Shown here one piece after another: positions 42,819 to 57,587 of a DNA stretch of 64,000 bases. The notes below the pieces were generated by a model that did no database searches, had not been told where the DNA came from, and saw only the letters and a list, made by a program, of their open reading frames with translations. The stretch lies in the NCBI RefSeq assembly GCF_003334385.1, contig NZ_QOWN01000024.1; one strand, 5' to 3'. Position 1 is the stretch's first letter. Every line of letters starts with the position of its first letter. The position numbers and the translations under genes were made by a program. This stretch comes from Escherichia coli. GTDB taxonomy: Bacteria; Pseudomonadota; Gammaproteobacteria; Enterobacterales; Enterobacteriaceae.

Positions 42819-45800
42819 TTACACCTTTTCCACATTCACAAGGAAGGACTTAAACTCCGGCGTCTGCGTGTTCGCATCACCAACGAATGGCGTTAAAGTA
42901 TTGGCAATAAAGCCTTTTTTAGCTACGCCTTCATAGCCCCAGTGAATCGGAATACCGATGGTATCGATATCTTTGCCGTTCGCTTTCAGCGTGCGAATAC
43001 GTTTGGTCACCACCGCTTTGGCTTTGATATAGCCACGGTTGGAGGAGACTTTCACGGTATCGCCCTGGGCAATGCCAAGTTTATTCGCCAGCGACTCCCC
43101 GATTTCCACAAACTGCTCTGGCTGCAAAATCGCGTTCAACAGCGCGTGTTTGGTCCAGTAGTGGAAGTGCTCGGTCAGACGATAGGTGGTTCCGACATAC
43201 GGGAACTTATCGGCTTTACCCAATGCTTCGGCGTCGTCTTTAAAGATACGTGCAGCCGGGTTCGAGATAACGTTTGGATGCAGCGGGTTAGTTCCCAGCG
43301 GCGTTTCAAACGGCTCGTAGTGTTCCGGGAACGGACCTTCCGCCATCTTATCGAGGGCAAACAGACGCCCCATGCCTTCCTGCTGCATGATAAACGGCCC
43401 GACGCCGCTACCCGGAGGCGCTGCGCTGTAGTCCGGAATATCCCAGCCGGTCCACTTAGTGCCGTCCCATTTCAGCAACTGACGCTTCGGATCCCACGGG
43501 TTACCCTGCGGATCTGCGGAGGCGCGGTTATACAGAATGCGGCGGTTAAGCGGCCATGCCCATGCCCAGCCCAGCGTGTTACCGAGGCCAGACGGATCGG
43601 CGTTATCACGGCGTGCCATCTGGTTGCCTTCCGGCGTCCAGCTACCGGCGAAAATCCAGCAGCCACAGGAGGTTGTACCGTCATCGCGCAATTGGGCGAA
43701 CGAACTAAGTTGTTGGCCTTTCTTGACGATAACCGCACCGGTTGCCGGATCGGTAATATCGGCCAGCGCCTTACCGTTGCTCTCCATCGCCACTTCTTCT
43801 GAAGATGGCTCATGCGGAATGGCGTAGTTCCATGTCATGTTCAGCACCTGGTCCGGGTTCGCGCCACCCCGTTCGGCATACATCTTGCGCAAGCGCAGGA
43901 AGATACCGGAGAGGATCTCGCCGTCAGTCAGCGCAATCCCCGGGGCGTCCGCACCTTTCCAGTGCCACTGTAACCAGCGACCTGAGTTAACGATAGAACC
44001 GTTCTCTTCCGCGAAGCAGGTCGATGGCAGACGGAACACTTCGGTCTGGATCTTCGACGAGTCAACTTCGTTCAGCTCACCGTGGTTCTGCCAGAAGTTA
44101 GAGGTTTCAGTGTTCAGTGGGTCGATGGTGACGAGGAACTTCAGTTTCGACAGACAACCGATCACTTTGTTTTTGTTCGGGAATGAGGCAACAGGGTTAA
44201 AGCCCTGGCAGATATAGCCATTGACCTTGCCCTCTTTCATCATCTCGAAGTATTGCAGGACGTCGTAGCCTTTATCCCACTTCGGCAACCAGTCAAAGCC
44301 CCAGCTATTTTCCGCCGTCGCTTTATCACCAAAGAAGGCCTTCATCATAGAGACGAAGAATTTCGGGTAGTTGCCCCAGTAGTTTACCTGGCCTTCCAGC
44401 AGCGGTTTTGGCGTGTTGGCGGTAAGGTAGGTTTGCAGATCGGTCTGCTTCTCGCTTGGCAGCGTCATGTAACCTGGCAGGCTCTGCGACAGCAGCCCCA
44501 GGTCCGTCAGCCCCTGAATATTGGAGTGACCGCGCAGGGCGTTAACGCCGCCGCCTGCCATCCCCATATTGCCGAGCAGCAGCTGGATCATCGCCATCGT
44601 ACGAATGTTTTGCGCACCAACGGAGTGTTGCGTCCAGCCGAGGGCATACAGGAACGAGGCAGTTTTATCGTGAGCACTGGTTTCTGCGATGTATTCGCAG
44701 ACTTTCAGGAACGCGTCTTTTGGCGTACCACAGATGTTTTCAACCACATCTGGCGTGTAGCGGGAAACGTGCTGTTTCAGCAAGTTCCACACGCAGCGCG
44801 GATGTTGCAGCGTGGTATCGCGTTTGGCGAAGCCGTTTTCGTCCAGTTCATAAGTCCAGGAGGATTTATCGTACTTGCGTTTTTCCGCGTCGTAGCCGGT
44901 GAACAGGCCATCTTCAAAGCCGTAATCCTCACGCACGATCAGGCTGGCGTTGGTATAGGCTTCGGTGTATTCGCGGTTGAATTTTTCATTGTTCAGCAGG
45001 TACAGCAATACGCCTGACAGGAAAGCAATGTCAGTACCGGAACGAATAGGGGCATAGTAGTCAGCTACCGCCGCCGTACGCGTAAAGCGAGGATCGATCA
45101 CAATCAGTTTCGCGCCGTTGTGAATTTTGGCTTCCATCGCCCAGCGGAACCCGACCGGGTGAGCTTCAGCGGCGTTACCGCCCATCACCACGACGAGGTT
45201 GGCGTTCTTGATGTCGACCCAGTGGTTGGTCATCGCACCGCGACCAAATGTTGGAGCAAGACTTGCTACCGTTGGTCCGTGTCAGACACGCGCCTGGTTG
45301 TCGACCGCGAGCATACCCAGCGCGCGGGAGAATTTTTGCGTTAAATAGCCGGTTTCGTTACTCGACGCGGAAGCACACAGCATCCCGGTGGAGAGCCAGC
45401 GGTTAACAGTCACGCCTTCGGCGTTTTGCGCAATGTAGTTAGCATCGCGGTCTTCTTTCATCAGTTTGGCGATGCGATCAAACGCCTCTTCCCAACTGAT
45501 TTGCTGCCATTTATCAGAACCTGGCGCACGGTATTCCGGAAACTTCAGACGGCTTTCGGAGTGGATGAAATCCACCAGGCCAGCGCCTTTCGGACAAAGT
45601 GCACCGCGGTTGACCGGGTGATCCGGATCGCCTTCGATATGGAAGATAGATGCTTTGGCGTTTTTTGCTCCGTCACCGAGGCTGTACATCAACAGCCCAC
45701 AGCCTACGGAACAATAGGTGCAGGTATTACGGGTTTCGCGGGTGCGCAGCAGTTTATACTGCCGGGTTTCCGCGAGTGCTACGCTGGGTGCAAAACCCAG

Positions 45801-45869
45801 TGCCGCTGCCGTGGTGCCTGCCATACCGCCAGCGCAGATCTTAAAGAACTGCCTTCTGCTGACCTGCAT
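42819..45869 (-). CDS. fdoG: formate dehydrogenase-O major subunit (selenoprotein, in-frame UGA = Sec at 45282-45284)
   Basis: Two ORF-track pieces (195 aa and 804 aa) in the same frame separated by a single TGA; Tat signal RRQFFK at the N-terminus; molybdopterin oxidoreductase motifs; total 1016 codons. Confidence 0.92.
45235..45281 (-). promoter_or_regulatory. SECIS stem-loop directing selenocysteine insertion in fdoG
   Basis: Sequence immediately 3' of the UGA (cacggaccaacggtagcaagtcttgctccaacatttggtcg) resembles the fdhF SECIS arrangement. Confidence 0.6.
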
Positions 45870-46062
45870 GGATTGCTCCTTGTTTCGACATTGTCACGTC
45901 CCATTTACATTCGCTTGCTGCGTGTGCAGGGAGTGGGAGTTATTTTTCTTTGCGGAAGGGGCCGCAAAGGTCCAGAATTGGCTCAATTTCCCTCCATCCA
46001 GGAAGGGTTTGTAACAGAATACCATAATGTTGGTGTGTGTGTTCTTATCTGGTTAAGAGAAA

Positions 46063-46896
46063 GTGAAAAAAACACAGCGAAAAGAAATCGAAAATGTGAC
46101 AAATATCACAGGTGTTCGTCAAATTGAGTTATGGCGGCGTGATGATTTACAACACCCACGGTTAGATGAGGTCGCGGAAGAAGTTCCCGTTGCGCTGGTC
46201 TACAACGGCATTTCGCATGTGGTGATGATGGCGTCGCCCAAAGACCTTGAGTACTTTGCGCTCGGTTTTTCGCTTTCCGAGGGGATTATCGAAAGTCCGC
46301 GCGATATCTTCGGCATGGATGTCGTTCCTTCCTGTAATGGTCTTGAAGTACAAATTGAGCTTTCCAGCCGCCGCTTTATGGGGTTGAAGGAGCGCCGCCG
46401 GGCGCTGGCGGGACGTACGGGCTGTGGCGTATGCGGCGTGGAGCAACTTAATGACATCGGAAAACCGGTGCAGCCGCTACCGTTCACCCAGACGTTTGAT
46501 CTCAACAAACTGGATGATGCATTACGTCATCTCAACGATTTTCAGCCAGTGGGGCAACTGACTGGTTGTACTCACGCCGCTGCCTGGATGTTGCCATCTG
46601 GCGAACTGGTCGGCGGGCATGAAGACGTGGGTCGCCATGTGGCGCTGGACAAACTGTTAGGCCGCCGGTCACAAGAAGGGGAAAGCTGGCAGCAAGGTGC
46701 GGTACTGGTTTCCAGTCGTGCCAGTTATGAAATGGTGCAAAAGTCGGCGATGTGCGGCGTAGAGATTTTGTTTGCGGTGTCTGCCGCGACCACGCTTGCT
46801 GTAGAAGTGGCTGAGCGCTGTAATCTGACACTGGTAGGTTTTTGTAAACCGGGTCGGGCAACGGTTTATACCCATCCGCAGCGTTTGAGCAATTAA
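46063..46896 (+). CDS. fdhD: formate dehydrogenase sulfurtransferase FdhD
   Basis: 277 aa. Confidence 0.92.
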
Positions 46897-46904
46897 TTAA
46901 AATA

Positions 46905-46945
46905 AGTCCTGCGAAATATATTAAATTGCAGGACTTATTCATTTC
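46905..46945 (+). terminator. terminator hairpin after fdhD
   Basis: aataagtcctgcgaaatatattaaattgcaggacttatt palindrome then T-rich tract. Confidence 0.7.
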
Positions 46946-47048
46946 GTGAATTTTATTATTTTATTTATAAACAAAATGCGTGTAGTGGCGTTTTCTTTTT
47001 TCATTTATTATGTTCACTCTCTTATCTATATATTTATAAGGCAATTAA

Positions 47049-48104
47049 ATGAAAAGGAATTTATTATCTTCCGCTATTATAGTCGCCATCATGTCCCTCG
47101 GTCTGACGGGTTGTGATGATAAAAAAGCCGAAACAGAAACGCTCCCGCCTGCCAATAGTCAACCTGCCGCACCAGCTCCTGAAGCGAAACCTACTGAAGC
47201 TCCCGTTGCAAAAGCAGAAGCTAAACCTGAAACACCTGCGCAACCGGTGGTCGATGAACAAGCGGTTTTCGACGAAAAAATGGATGTCTATATCAAGTGC
47301 TACAACAAGTTACAGATCCCGGTACAGCGCAGTCTGGCGCGTTATGCTGACTGGCTGAAAGATTTTAAACAGGGGCCTACCGGTGAAGAGCGTACTGTTT
47401 ATGGCATCTACGGCATTAGTGAATCCAACCTCGCTGAGTGTGAAAAAGGCGTAAAAAGTGCTGTGGCGTTAACGCCTGCGCTGCAACCAATTGATGGCGT
47501 GGCGGTGAGTTATATCGATGCTGCCGTGGCGTTGGGTAATACCATTAACGAAATGGATAAATATTACACCCAGGAAAATTATAAAGACGATGCGTTTGCG
47601 AAAGGGAAAACGCTGCACCAGACATTCTTAAAAAATCTGGAAGCCTTTGAACCTGTAGCCGAATCTTATCATGCGGCGATTCAGGAAATTAATGATAAGC
47701 GTCAGCTTGCGGAACTGAAAAATATTGAAGAAAGAGAAGGGAAAACATTCCACTACTACTCTCTGGCAGTCATGATTTCAGCGAAACAAATTAATAACCT
47801 GATATCGCAAGATAAGTTTGATGCAGAAGCGGCAATGAAGAAAGTGTCTGAACTGGAAACGCTGGTGGCGCAGGCCAAAGAAGCGGATAAAGGCGGCATG
47901 AATTTCTCGTTTATTAATTCGGCAGGCCAGTATCAACTCGAGGCTAAAAAATACGTTCGCCGCATCAGAGATAAAGTCCCGTACTCTGACTGGGATAAAG
48001 AGCAACTTCAGGACGCAAACTCAAGCTGGATGGTCGAAGACTCTTTCCCGAGAGCATTACGCGAGTACAACGAAATGGTTGATGACTATAATAGCCTGCG
48101 TTAA
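47049..48104 (+). CDS. yiiG: lipoprotein YiiG (DUF3829)
   Basis: 351 aa; lipobox LTGC after the signal peptide. Confidence 0.88.
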   Translation: MKRNLLSSAIIVAIMSLGLTGCDDKKAETETLPPANSQPAAPAPEAKPTEAPVAKAEAKPETPAQPVVDEQAVFDEKMDVYIKCYNKLQIPVQRSLARYADWLKDFKQGPTGEERTVYGIYGISESNLAECEKGVKSAVALTPALQPIDGVAVSYIDAAVALGNTINEMDKYYTQENYKDDAFAKGKTLHQTFLKNLEAFEPVAESYHAAIQEINDKRQLAELKNIEEREGKTFHYYSLAVMISAKQINNLISQDKFDAEAAMKKVSELETLVAQAKEADKGGMNFSFINSAGQYQLEAKKYVRRIRDKVPYSDWDKEQLQDANSSWMVEDSFPRALREYNEMVDDYNSLR

Positions 48105-48127
48105 ACGTTTTTGATGATAAATGCAGT

Positions 48128-48150
48128 GTCGGATGCGGCGCATCCGACAC
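48128..48150. terminator. bidirectional terminator hairpin between yiiG and the convergent frvR-derived ORF
   Basis: gtgtcggatgcggcgcatccgacac palindrome. Confidence 0.6.
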
Positions 48151-48153
48151 AGT

Positions 48154-49659
48154 TCACCCCTTGTGAAGTAACTCCATAAATGCCTCATATCCTGTTAACC
48201 CGGCAATAACCTCTGCCGGATGCTGACACAATACGCTTGCCAGATAGCTGAATATTTTCAACTCGTGACGCGCATCGGCGGCGGCGCAGGCGATCAAGAC
48301 ATGGTTAATGACTTCGTTATTCACCTCAACTGGTTGGGCGAGGGTAATAAAAAATCCACGAAAACGTCGCTCCTGTTCGCTCCAGCAATGTGGGATGGCG
48401 AGGCGATTAACAATCAGGTTTTCACCTTCGCCTTCGCGGGCGATGATCCGTTGCGCTTCATCGGCGGTAATATGGTGTTGTGCCACTAATTGCGCACAAA
48501 TTTGCCGGGTAATATGTTGCCAGCTTTCACCGCGTACATTCGAATAATGAAAACTTCCGGGGGCAGAGAAAAAACGCTCCGGTTGCTGGCGAATAAATGC
48601 CGTCGCCAGAAAATGTTTTATTTGTTCGATACCGGCAGCCGTAATGATATTTTTTACGGTGATGTAATTATTGACCGCGTCATCCAGTAAATAATGGCTG
48701 TTGTTAATGATCAATAACGGCTCAATCTCTTCGCGAATGGCAACAAGTTCGCTTAAGCTACGGGCAATAATCACCCGACAATGTAAAACATCGCGCTCAA
48801 TGGCGAGCTGATTAATGGTGGCAATCGCGTTCTGGTCCGAGAGCAAAATGATCGGCTGGCGTTCGTTTTGATGCCGCTCCAGCGCACAGGCAAAATACAA
48901 ACCGATCAGATCGCTGTCGAAAAGGGGAATATCGAGCTGTTCACGCAGTAGCGTAATAAAGTGCAGACTCATATCAAAGGCCGCAGGCCAGGCGGCTTTC
49001 AGGTTATTCATGCTGCTCTGGCGGTGCTCAGCAATCCACACTGGTGCGGCAAGGCAACGTAATAAATGCCCGGTAATATTCTCAACCAGCTGCGCATCAA
49101 TAATATTCAATGACGCGATGCCCGGCACCCTTTGCAGCAACCCCTGCACATTATCGGCTGAAATTACCTGCGCTTGCTGATGCTGTTTCTCTATCAAACC
49201 CGTCAGGGTTCTTACAGCGTTATCACCAAGAAACAGACCGCTATGTTCAACGATTTGTTTTATCTCGTCACCGGGATATTGCGGCCACTCATCGGTCAGT
49301 TGATTACGCAGGGCGTAAATCGCCAGAATCAGGCTGGAGAGATAATCACCCTGCATGAGCGGCCAGCGGTGTTGGTTGTCGCAGGCCGTGGATAAATGCT
49401 GAAGGTTGTCTCGTGTTATGCCCGCCAGCGGAATTAAAAACGGATCTTTGCGCAGCAAGTTCGCCAGCAAGATAACGCGTTTCTCTTCTTCTACCATGGC
49501 AAACAGCAGATTACGCGCTTTGTCGAGATAGATGGCGTAGTTATGCGCACCGTGAGATTTCAGCACTGCTTCCAGTTCTGGCCAGATGGGATTATGCCGA
49601 CGCTGATACTCTTCGTGGGCGTCGGGGTTTACCTGCATGACAAAGGCTTTGCGGATCAT
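48154..49659 (-). CDS. in-frame fusion ORF: RhaM (L-rhamnose mutarotase) N-terminal ~57 aa joined to the C-terminal ~444 aa of an FrvR-like PTS-operon regulator; marks a deletion of frvA-frvB-frvX
   Basis: 501 aa ORF starting [57 protein letters not shown] (RhaM N-terminus as I recall it), then continuing [12 protein letters not shown]... to a C-terminus next to yiiG, where frvR lies in K-12. Junction near 49480-49495. Confidence 0.65.
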   Translation of the reverse strand: MIRKAFVMQVNPDAHEEYQRRHNPIWPELEAVLKSHGAHNYAIYLDKARNLLFAMVEEEKRVILLANLLRKDPFLIPLAGITRDNLQHLSTACDNQHRWPLMQGDYLSSLILAIYALRNQLTDEWPQYPGDEIKQIVEHSGLFLGDNAVRTLTGLIEKQHQQAQVISADNVQGLLQRVPGIASLNIIDAQLVENITGHLLRCLAAPVWIAEHRQSSMNNLKAAWPAAFDMSLHFITLLREQLDIPLFDSDLIGLYFACALERHQNERQPIILLSDQNAIATINQLAIERDVLHCRVIIARSLSELVAIREEIEPLLIINNSHYLLDDAVNNYITVKNIITAAGIEQIKHFLATAFIRQQPERFFSAPGSFHYSNVRGESWQHITRQICAQLVAQHHITADEAQRIIAREGEGENLIVNRLAIPHCWSEQERRFRGFFITLAQPVEVNNEVINHVLIACAAADARHELKIFSYLASVLCQHPAEVIAGLTGYEAFMELLHKG

Positions 49660-49668
49660 GTTTGCTCC

Positions 49669-50494
49669 TTACAGCGCCAGCGCACTGGCGAGTGGCGTAA
49701 CGCCGAAACGCTTGCCGAGCGCTATCAACTCTTCACGGCTGATGGTCTGTTTCATGCCGCCCATCGAATAAACCTTCACTAATACTTGTGCTGATTTTTC
49801 TGCGGTGTCGATTAAACCGAAGATTTCATCCAGCGTCGGTCCGCTGCCGAAGACGCCGTGGAAGGGCCACAACACCAGCGAATGTTTTTGCATCTCTTGT
49901 GCGGTCGCCTGGCCGATTTCGTCCGTGCCGGGCACCATCCACGGCAAAATGCCAACGCCATCCGGGAATACCACCAGACACTCGGTGCTGCCTTCCCACA
50001 GTTGGCGAGTGAAGACCGCGGTGTCGTTTTCAAGTACATAGGTGAGGGCGGATCAGGTTGGTGGCGTGGCAGTGCATGATCACCCGATCTTTGCCGTTGG
50101 TGGCTTTAATGCGCTCGCAGTGGGAAAGGAAGTGAGCCGGAAGTTCGGAAGTGGGGACGGCTTCGTTGGTTAACCCCCAAAGAATGTGGTAGCCCGCGCC
50201 GTCGCTGTCGACTTTTACGATGCCTAAGTTAGCCGCAGGATCAAGCTGGACGTTACGGAAGAATTTGCCCGAGCCGGTGACAATAAACGGTGTATTTGCC
50301 AGTAAAGGCATGGGCTGGCTGAGCGGGATATAGCGCGGTTGTTGGTGGAAATTGTCGTGATATGGTGCGATATCGGCGTCATCCAGGCGTAGCGTCAGGT
50401 TGCCGCCGTTGCGCTCATCCCAGCCTTTCAGCCAGGCGTCGGTGGTGGCTTTGATCATTCCCTGGACAAACCAGGACTGAGTAATGTTTTGCAT
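49669..50494 (-). pseudogene. rhaD: rhamnulose-1-phosphate aldolase rhaD disrupted by a +1 frameshift
   Basis: N-terminal 211 aa ORF (true start [11 protein letters not shown] at 50494) ends NLIRPHLCT* at 50030. The C-terminal part continues in another frame ([33 protein letters not shown]...). Total 826 nt versus 825 expected; the extra base is in gggcGgatc near 50050. Confidence 0.8.
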
Positions 50495-50524
50495 GTTCTG
50501 TGTTCCTGTAAATTCGGTGTTGTC

Positions 50525-50760
50525 GGATGCACGACCCGTAGGCCGGATAAGGCGCTCGCGCCGCATCCGGCAATCAATGCCTGATGCGACGCTGTCGCGT
50601 CTTATCAGGCCTACAACTATTGCCGACCTGTAGGCCGGATAAGGCACTTGTGCCGCATCCGGCAATCAATGCCTGATGCGACGCTGTCGCGTCTTATCAG
50701 GCCTACAACTGTTGCCGACCCGTAGGCCGGATAAGGCGCTCGCGCCGCATCCGGCAGTGT
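50525..50760. repeat. tandem BIME/REP array (about 2.5 copies of a ~95 bp unit) between rhaD and rhaA
   Basis: Repeated unit gtaggccggataaggc...gccgcatccggcaatcaatgcctgatgcgacgctgtcgcgtcttatcaggcctacaact. Confidence 0.9.
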
Positions 50761-53773
<3,013 letters not shown>

Positions 53774-54610
53774 ATGACCGTATTACATAGTGTGGATTTT
53801 TTTCCGTCTGGTAACGCGTCCGTGGCGATAGAACCCCGGCTCCCGCAGGCGGATTTTCCTGAACATCATCATGATTTTCATGAAATTGTGATTGTCGAAC
53901 ATGGCACGGGTATTCATGTGTTTAATGGGCAGCCCTATACCATCACCGGTGGCACGGTCTGTTTCGTACGCGATCATGATCGGCATCTGTATGAACATAC
54001 CGATAATCTGTGTCTGACCAATGTGCTGTATCGCTCGCCGGATCGATTTCAGTTTCTCGCCGGGCTGAATCAGTTGCTGCCACAAGAGCTGGATGGGCAG
54101 TATCCGTCTCACTGGCGCGTTAACCACAGCGTATTGCAGCAGGTGCGACAGCTGGTTGCACAGATGGAACAGCAGGAAGGGGAAAATGATTTACCCTCGA
54201 CCGCCAGTCGCGAGATCTTGTTTATGCAATTACTGCTCTTGCTGCGTAAAAGCAGTTTGCAGGAGAACCTGGAAAACAGCGCATCACGTCTCAACTTGCT
54301 TCTGGCCTGGCTGGAGGACCATTTTGCCGATGAGGTGAATTGGGATGCCGTGGCGGATCAATTTTCTCTTTCACTGCGTACGCTACATCGGCAGCTTAAG
54401 CAGCAAACGGGACTGACGCCTCAGCGATACCTGAACCGCCTGCGACTGATGAAAGCCCGACATCTGCTACGCCACAGCGAGGCCAGCGTTACTGACATCG
54501 CCTATCGCTGTGGATTCAGCGACAGTAACCACTTTTCGACGCTTTTTCGCCGAGAGTTTAACTGGTCACCGCGTGATATTCGCCAGGGACGGGATGGCTT
54601 TCTGCAATAA
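53774..54610 (+). CDS. rhaS: AraC-family activator RhaS
   Basis: 278 aa. Confidence 0.95.
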   Translation: MTVLHSVDFFPSGNASVAIEPRLPQADFPEHHHDFHEIVIVEHGTGIHVFNGQPYTITGGTVCFVRDHDRHLYEHTDNLCLTNVLYRSPDRFQFLAGLNQLLPQELDGQYPSHWRVNHSVLQQVRQLVAQMEQQEGENDLPSTASREILFMQLLLLLRKSSLQENLENSASRLNLLLAWLEDHFADEVNWDAVADQFSLSLRTLHRQLKQQTGLTPQRYLNRLRLMKARHLLRHSEASVTDIAYRCGFSDSNHFSTLFRREFNWSPRDIRQGRDGFLQ

Positions 54611-54683
54611 CGCGAATCTTCTCAACGTATTTGTACGCCATATTGCGAATAATCAACTTCGTTCTCTGGCCGAGGTAGCCACG

Positions 54684-55532
54684 GTGGCGCATCAGTTAAA
54701 ACTTCTCAAAGATGATTTTTTTGCCAGCGACCAGCAGGCAGTCGCTGTGGCTGACCGTTATCCGCAAGATGTCTTTGCTGAACATACACATGATTTTTGT
54801 GAGCTGGTGATTGTCTGGCGCGGTAATGGCCTGCATGTACTCAACGATCGCCCTTATCGCATTACCCGTGGCGATCTCTTTTACATTCATGCTGACGATA
54901 AACACTCCTACGCTTCCGTTAACGATCTGGTTTTGCAGAATATTATTTATTGCCCGGAGCGTCTGAAGCTGAATCTTGACTGGCAGGGGGCGATTCCGGG
55001 ATTTAACGCCAGCGCAGGGCAACCACACTGGCGCTTAGGTAGCATGGGGATGGCGCAGGCGCGGCAGGTTATCGGTCAGCTTGAGCATGAAAGTAGTCAG
55101 CATGTGCCGTTTGCTAACGAAATGGCTGAGTTGCTGTTCGGGCAGTTGGTGATGTTGCTGAATCGCCATCGTTACACCAGTGATTCGTTGCCGCCAACAT
55201 CCAGCGAAACGTTGCTGGATAAGCTGATTACCCGGCTGGCGGCTAGCCTGAAAAGTCCCTTTGCGCTGGATAAATTTTGTGATGAGGCATCGTGCAGTGA
55301 GCGCGTTTTGCGTCAGCAATTTCGCCAGCAGACTGGAATGACCATCAATCAATATCTGCGACAGGTCAGAGTGTGTCATGCGCAATATCTTCTCCAGCAT
55401 AGCCGCCTGTTAATCAGTGATATTTCGACCGAATGTGGCTTTGAAGATAGTAACTATTTTTCGGTGGTGTTTACCCGGGAAACCGGGATGACGCCCAGCC
55501 AGTGGCGTCATCTCAATTCGCAGAAAGATTAA
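54684..55532 (+). CDS. rhaR: AraC-family activator RhaR
   Basis: 282 aa from a GTG start ([13 protein letters not shown]); the ORF is open further upstream and overlaps the rhaS 3' end. Confidence 0.85.
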   Translation: MAHQLKLLKDDFFASDQQAVAVADRYPQDVFAEHTHDFCELVIVWRGNGLHVLNDRPYRITRGDLFYIHADDKHSYASVNDLVLQNIIYCPERLKLNLDWQGAIPGFNASAGQPHWRLGSMGMAQARQVIGQLEHESSQHVPFANEMAELLFGQLVMLLNRHRYTSDSLPPTSSETLLDKLITRLAASLKSPFALDKFCDEASCSERVLRQQFRQQTGMTINQYLRQVRVCHAQYLLQHSRLLISDISTECGFEDSNYFSVVFTRETGMTPSQWRHLNSQKD

Positions 55533-56563
55533 TTCGCCATGCCGATGCCGACGATGTTAGCGGCGACAATAATCACCACACAACCGAGGCTCAACACCGT
55601 TACCGGACGGCGTCCTGCATTGTTCCACTCTTTCAGCACCAGCCCGACGATACCGCCGCACAATACATAGAAACTCATATGCAGCATCCAACTGATGTAG
55701 TCATACTGCGCCGGAATGCGGGCGTGGCCCCAGGCATAGAAAAAGAATTGCAGATACCACATCAACCCGCCCAGTGTCGAGAGTAACACATTGTGAATGA
55801 TCAGCGATTTTGCCAGCGAGAAGTCGGCTTTTAGCGACAAATCCTTCACTTTTGCCAGACGAATAAAACAGAAACCGAGGTTAATGATCGCGCCGCCGCC
55901 CATGATGACAACATAGCTTGGCAGAGCGACATACAGTGGATCGACGCCAAGTGCGGCAGCGGCTTCATGCATCGGTTTTGCGGCGTTCATCGCAAAGGAC
56001 ATCCCGGCAGAGAAAATGCCGCACATCACCGCCAGCACCAGCCCTTTTTTCAGATTGAACTCTTCGGCTTTAATGCCCATCTTGCGCTCTTTCAACTGCC
56101 CGGCGCGAGTTACAATCCCTACGCCAATCAGCGCCACCAGAACGCCGAGCAACGTCATGCGTCCGCCTTCGGTGCTAATCAACACATCGAAATTGCCGTT
56201 GATAATTGGCGTCATCAGCGTACCGACAATCAACGTAATGCCAATGGCGATGCCAATTCCCATCGACATGCCGAGATAACGCATGGTCAGGCCGTAGTTG
56301 ATATTACCGATCCCCCACATAGCGCCGAACAGAAAAACAGGCAGTAGCGTAGAGAGACTAAACGAGCTGTAATACGCCCAGAAATTCGGTAGTAACAGGG
56401 CGCTGATGGCCCACGGCAGAATAATCCACGAAACAATCCCACCGACTGACCACATGGTTTCCCATGACCATTTTTTTACTTTTTTGAACGGAGCGTAAAA
56501 ACAGGCTGCACTGGCCGCGCCGATCAAATGCCAAAATATCCCCATCGTAATCGCGTTACTCAT
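55529..56563 (-). CDS. rhaT: L-rhamnose:proton symporter
   Basis: 344 aa polytopic membrane protein. Confidence 0.95.
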   Translation of the reverse strand: MSNAITMGIFWHLIGAASAACFYAPFKKVKKWSWETMWSVGGIVSWIILPWAISALLLPNFWAYYSSFSLSTLLPVFLFGAMWGIGNINYGLTMRYLGMSMGIGIAIGITLIVGTLMTPIINGNFDVLISTEGGRMTLLGVLVALIGVGIVTRAGQLKERKMGIKAEEFNLKKGLVLAVMCGIFSAGMSFAMNAAKPMHEAAAALGVDPLYVALPSYVVIMGGGAIINLGFCFIRLAKVKDLSLKADFSLAKSLIIHNVLLSTLGGLMWYLQFFFYAWGHARIPAQYDYISWMLHMSFYVLCGGIVGLVLKEWNNAGRRPVTVLSLGCVVIIVAANIVGIGMAN

Positions 56564-56754
56564 CTTCTTATCCTCATCATTTTTCGTCGCGTCACATCTC
56601 CGACGAGATGAGTGTAAAAATCGTGCTGTCGATTAACCTTTCGCCTGTTGCCGCTGTTGTCGATTTACTGGCAATCACGGCATTAAGTGGGTGATTTGCT
56701 TCACATCTCGGGCATTTTCCTGCAAAACCATACCCTTACGAAAAGTACGGCATT

Positions 56755-56776
56755 GATAATCATTTTCAATATCATT
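56755..56776 (+). promoter_or_regulatory. Fur box in sodA promoter
   Basis: gataatcattttcaatatcatt upstream of a tataat -10 element. Confidence 0.7.
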
Positions 56777-56847
56777 TAATTAACTATAATGAACCAACTG
56801 CTTACGCGGCATTAACAATCGGCCGCCCGACAATACTGGAGATGAAT

Positions 56848-57468
56848 ATGAGCTATACCCTGCCATCCCTGCCGTATGCTTACGATGCCCTGGAACCGCA
56901 CTTCGATAAGCAGACCATGGAAATCCACCACACCAAACACCATCAGACCTACGTAAACAACGCCAACGCGGCGCTGGAAAGCCTGCCAGAATTTGCCAAC
57001 CTGCCGGTTGAAGAGCTGATCACCAAACTGGACCAGCTGCCAGCAGACAAGAAAACCGTACTGCGCAACAACGCTGGCGGTCACGCTAACCACAGCCTGT
57101 TCTGGAAAGGTCTGAAAAAAGGCACCACCCTGCAGGGTGACCTGAAAGCGGCTATCGAACGTGACTTCGGCTCCGTTGATAACTTCAAAGCAGAATTTGA
57201 AAAAGCGGCAGCTTCCCGCTTTGGTTCCGGCTGGGCATGGCTGGTGCTGAAAGGCGATAAACTGGCGGTGGTTTCTACTGCTAACCAGGATTCTCCGCTG
57301 ATGGGTGAAGCTATTTCTGGCGCTTCCGGCTTCCCGATTATGGGCCTGGATGTGTGGGAACATGCTTACTACCTGAAATTCCAGAACCGCCGTCCGGACT
57401 ACATTAAAGAGTTCTGGAACGTGGTGAACTGGGACGAAGCAGCGGCACGTTTTGCGGCGAAAAAATAA
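56848..57468 (+). CDS. sodA: manganese superoxide dismutase
   Basis: 206 aa, [32 protein letters not shown]... Confidence 0.97.
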   Translation: MSYTLPSLPYAYDALEPHFDKQTMEIHHTKHHQTYVNNANAALESLPEFANLPVEELITKLDQLPADKKTVLRNNAGGHANHSLFWKGLKKGTTLQGDLKAAIERDFGSVDNFKAEFEKAAASRFGSGWAWLVLKGDKLAVVSTANQDSPLMGEAISGASGFPIMGLDVWEHAYYLKFQNRRPDYIKEFWNVVNWDEAAARFAAKK

Positions 57469-57520
57469 TCATTTGCCGCCTGCTGCAATGAGGCGTATAG
57501 GCCGCATATCAGCTTAAAAA

Positions 57521-57552
57521 ATGAACCATCGCCAACGGCGGTGGTTTTTTTG
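57521..57552 (+). terminator. sodA rho-independent terminator
   Basis: ccatcgccaacggcggtgg followed by ttttttt. Confidence 0.8.
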
Positions 57553-57587
57553 TGAACAATTTCAAAATAAAAACAATGATCCGATAA

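Noticed and set aside
42942-45017. Plus-strand ORFs of 250-290 aa
   Set aside because: Antisense within fdoG; GC-rich frame artefacts.
45233-45233. Met start for the fdoG large fragment as called by the ORF track
   Set aside because: The frame continues upstream through a single UGA into a Tat-signal-bearing N-terminus, so this is selenocysteine recoding, not a separate gene start.
50525-50760. Possible CRISPR array (tandem repeats)
   Set aside because: Units are ~95 bp REP palindromes with no unique spacers of regular size, and there are no cas genes; this is a BIME array.
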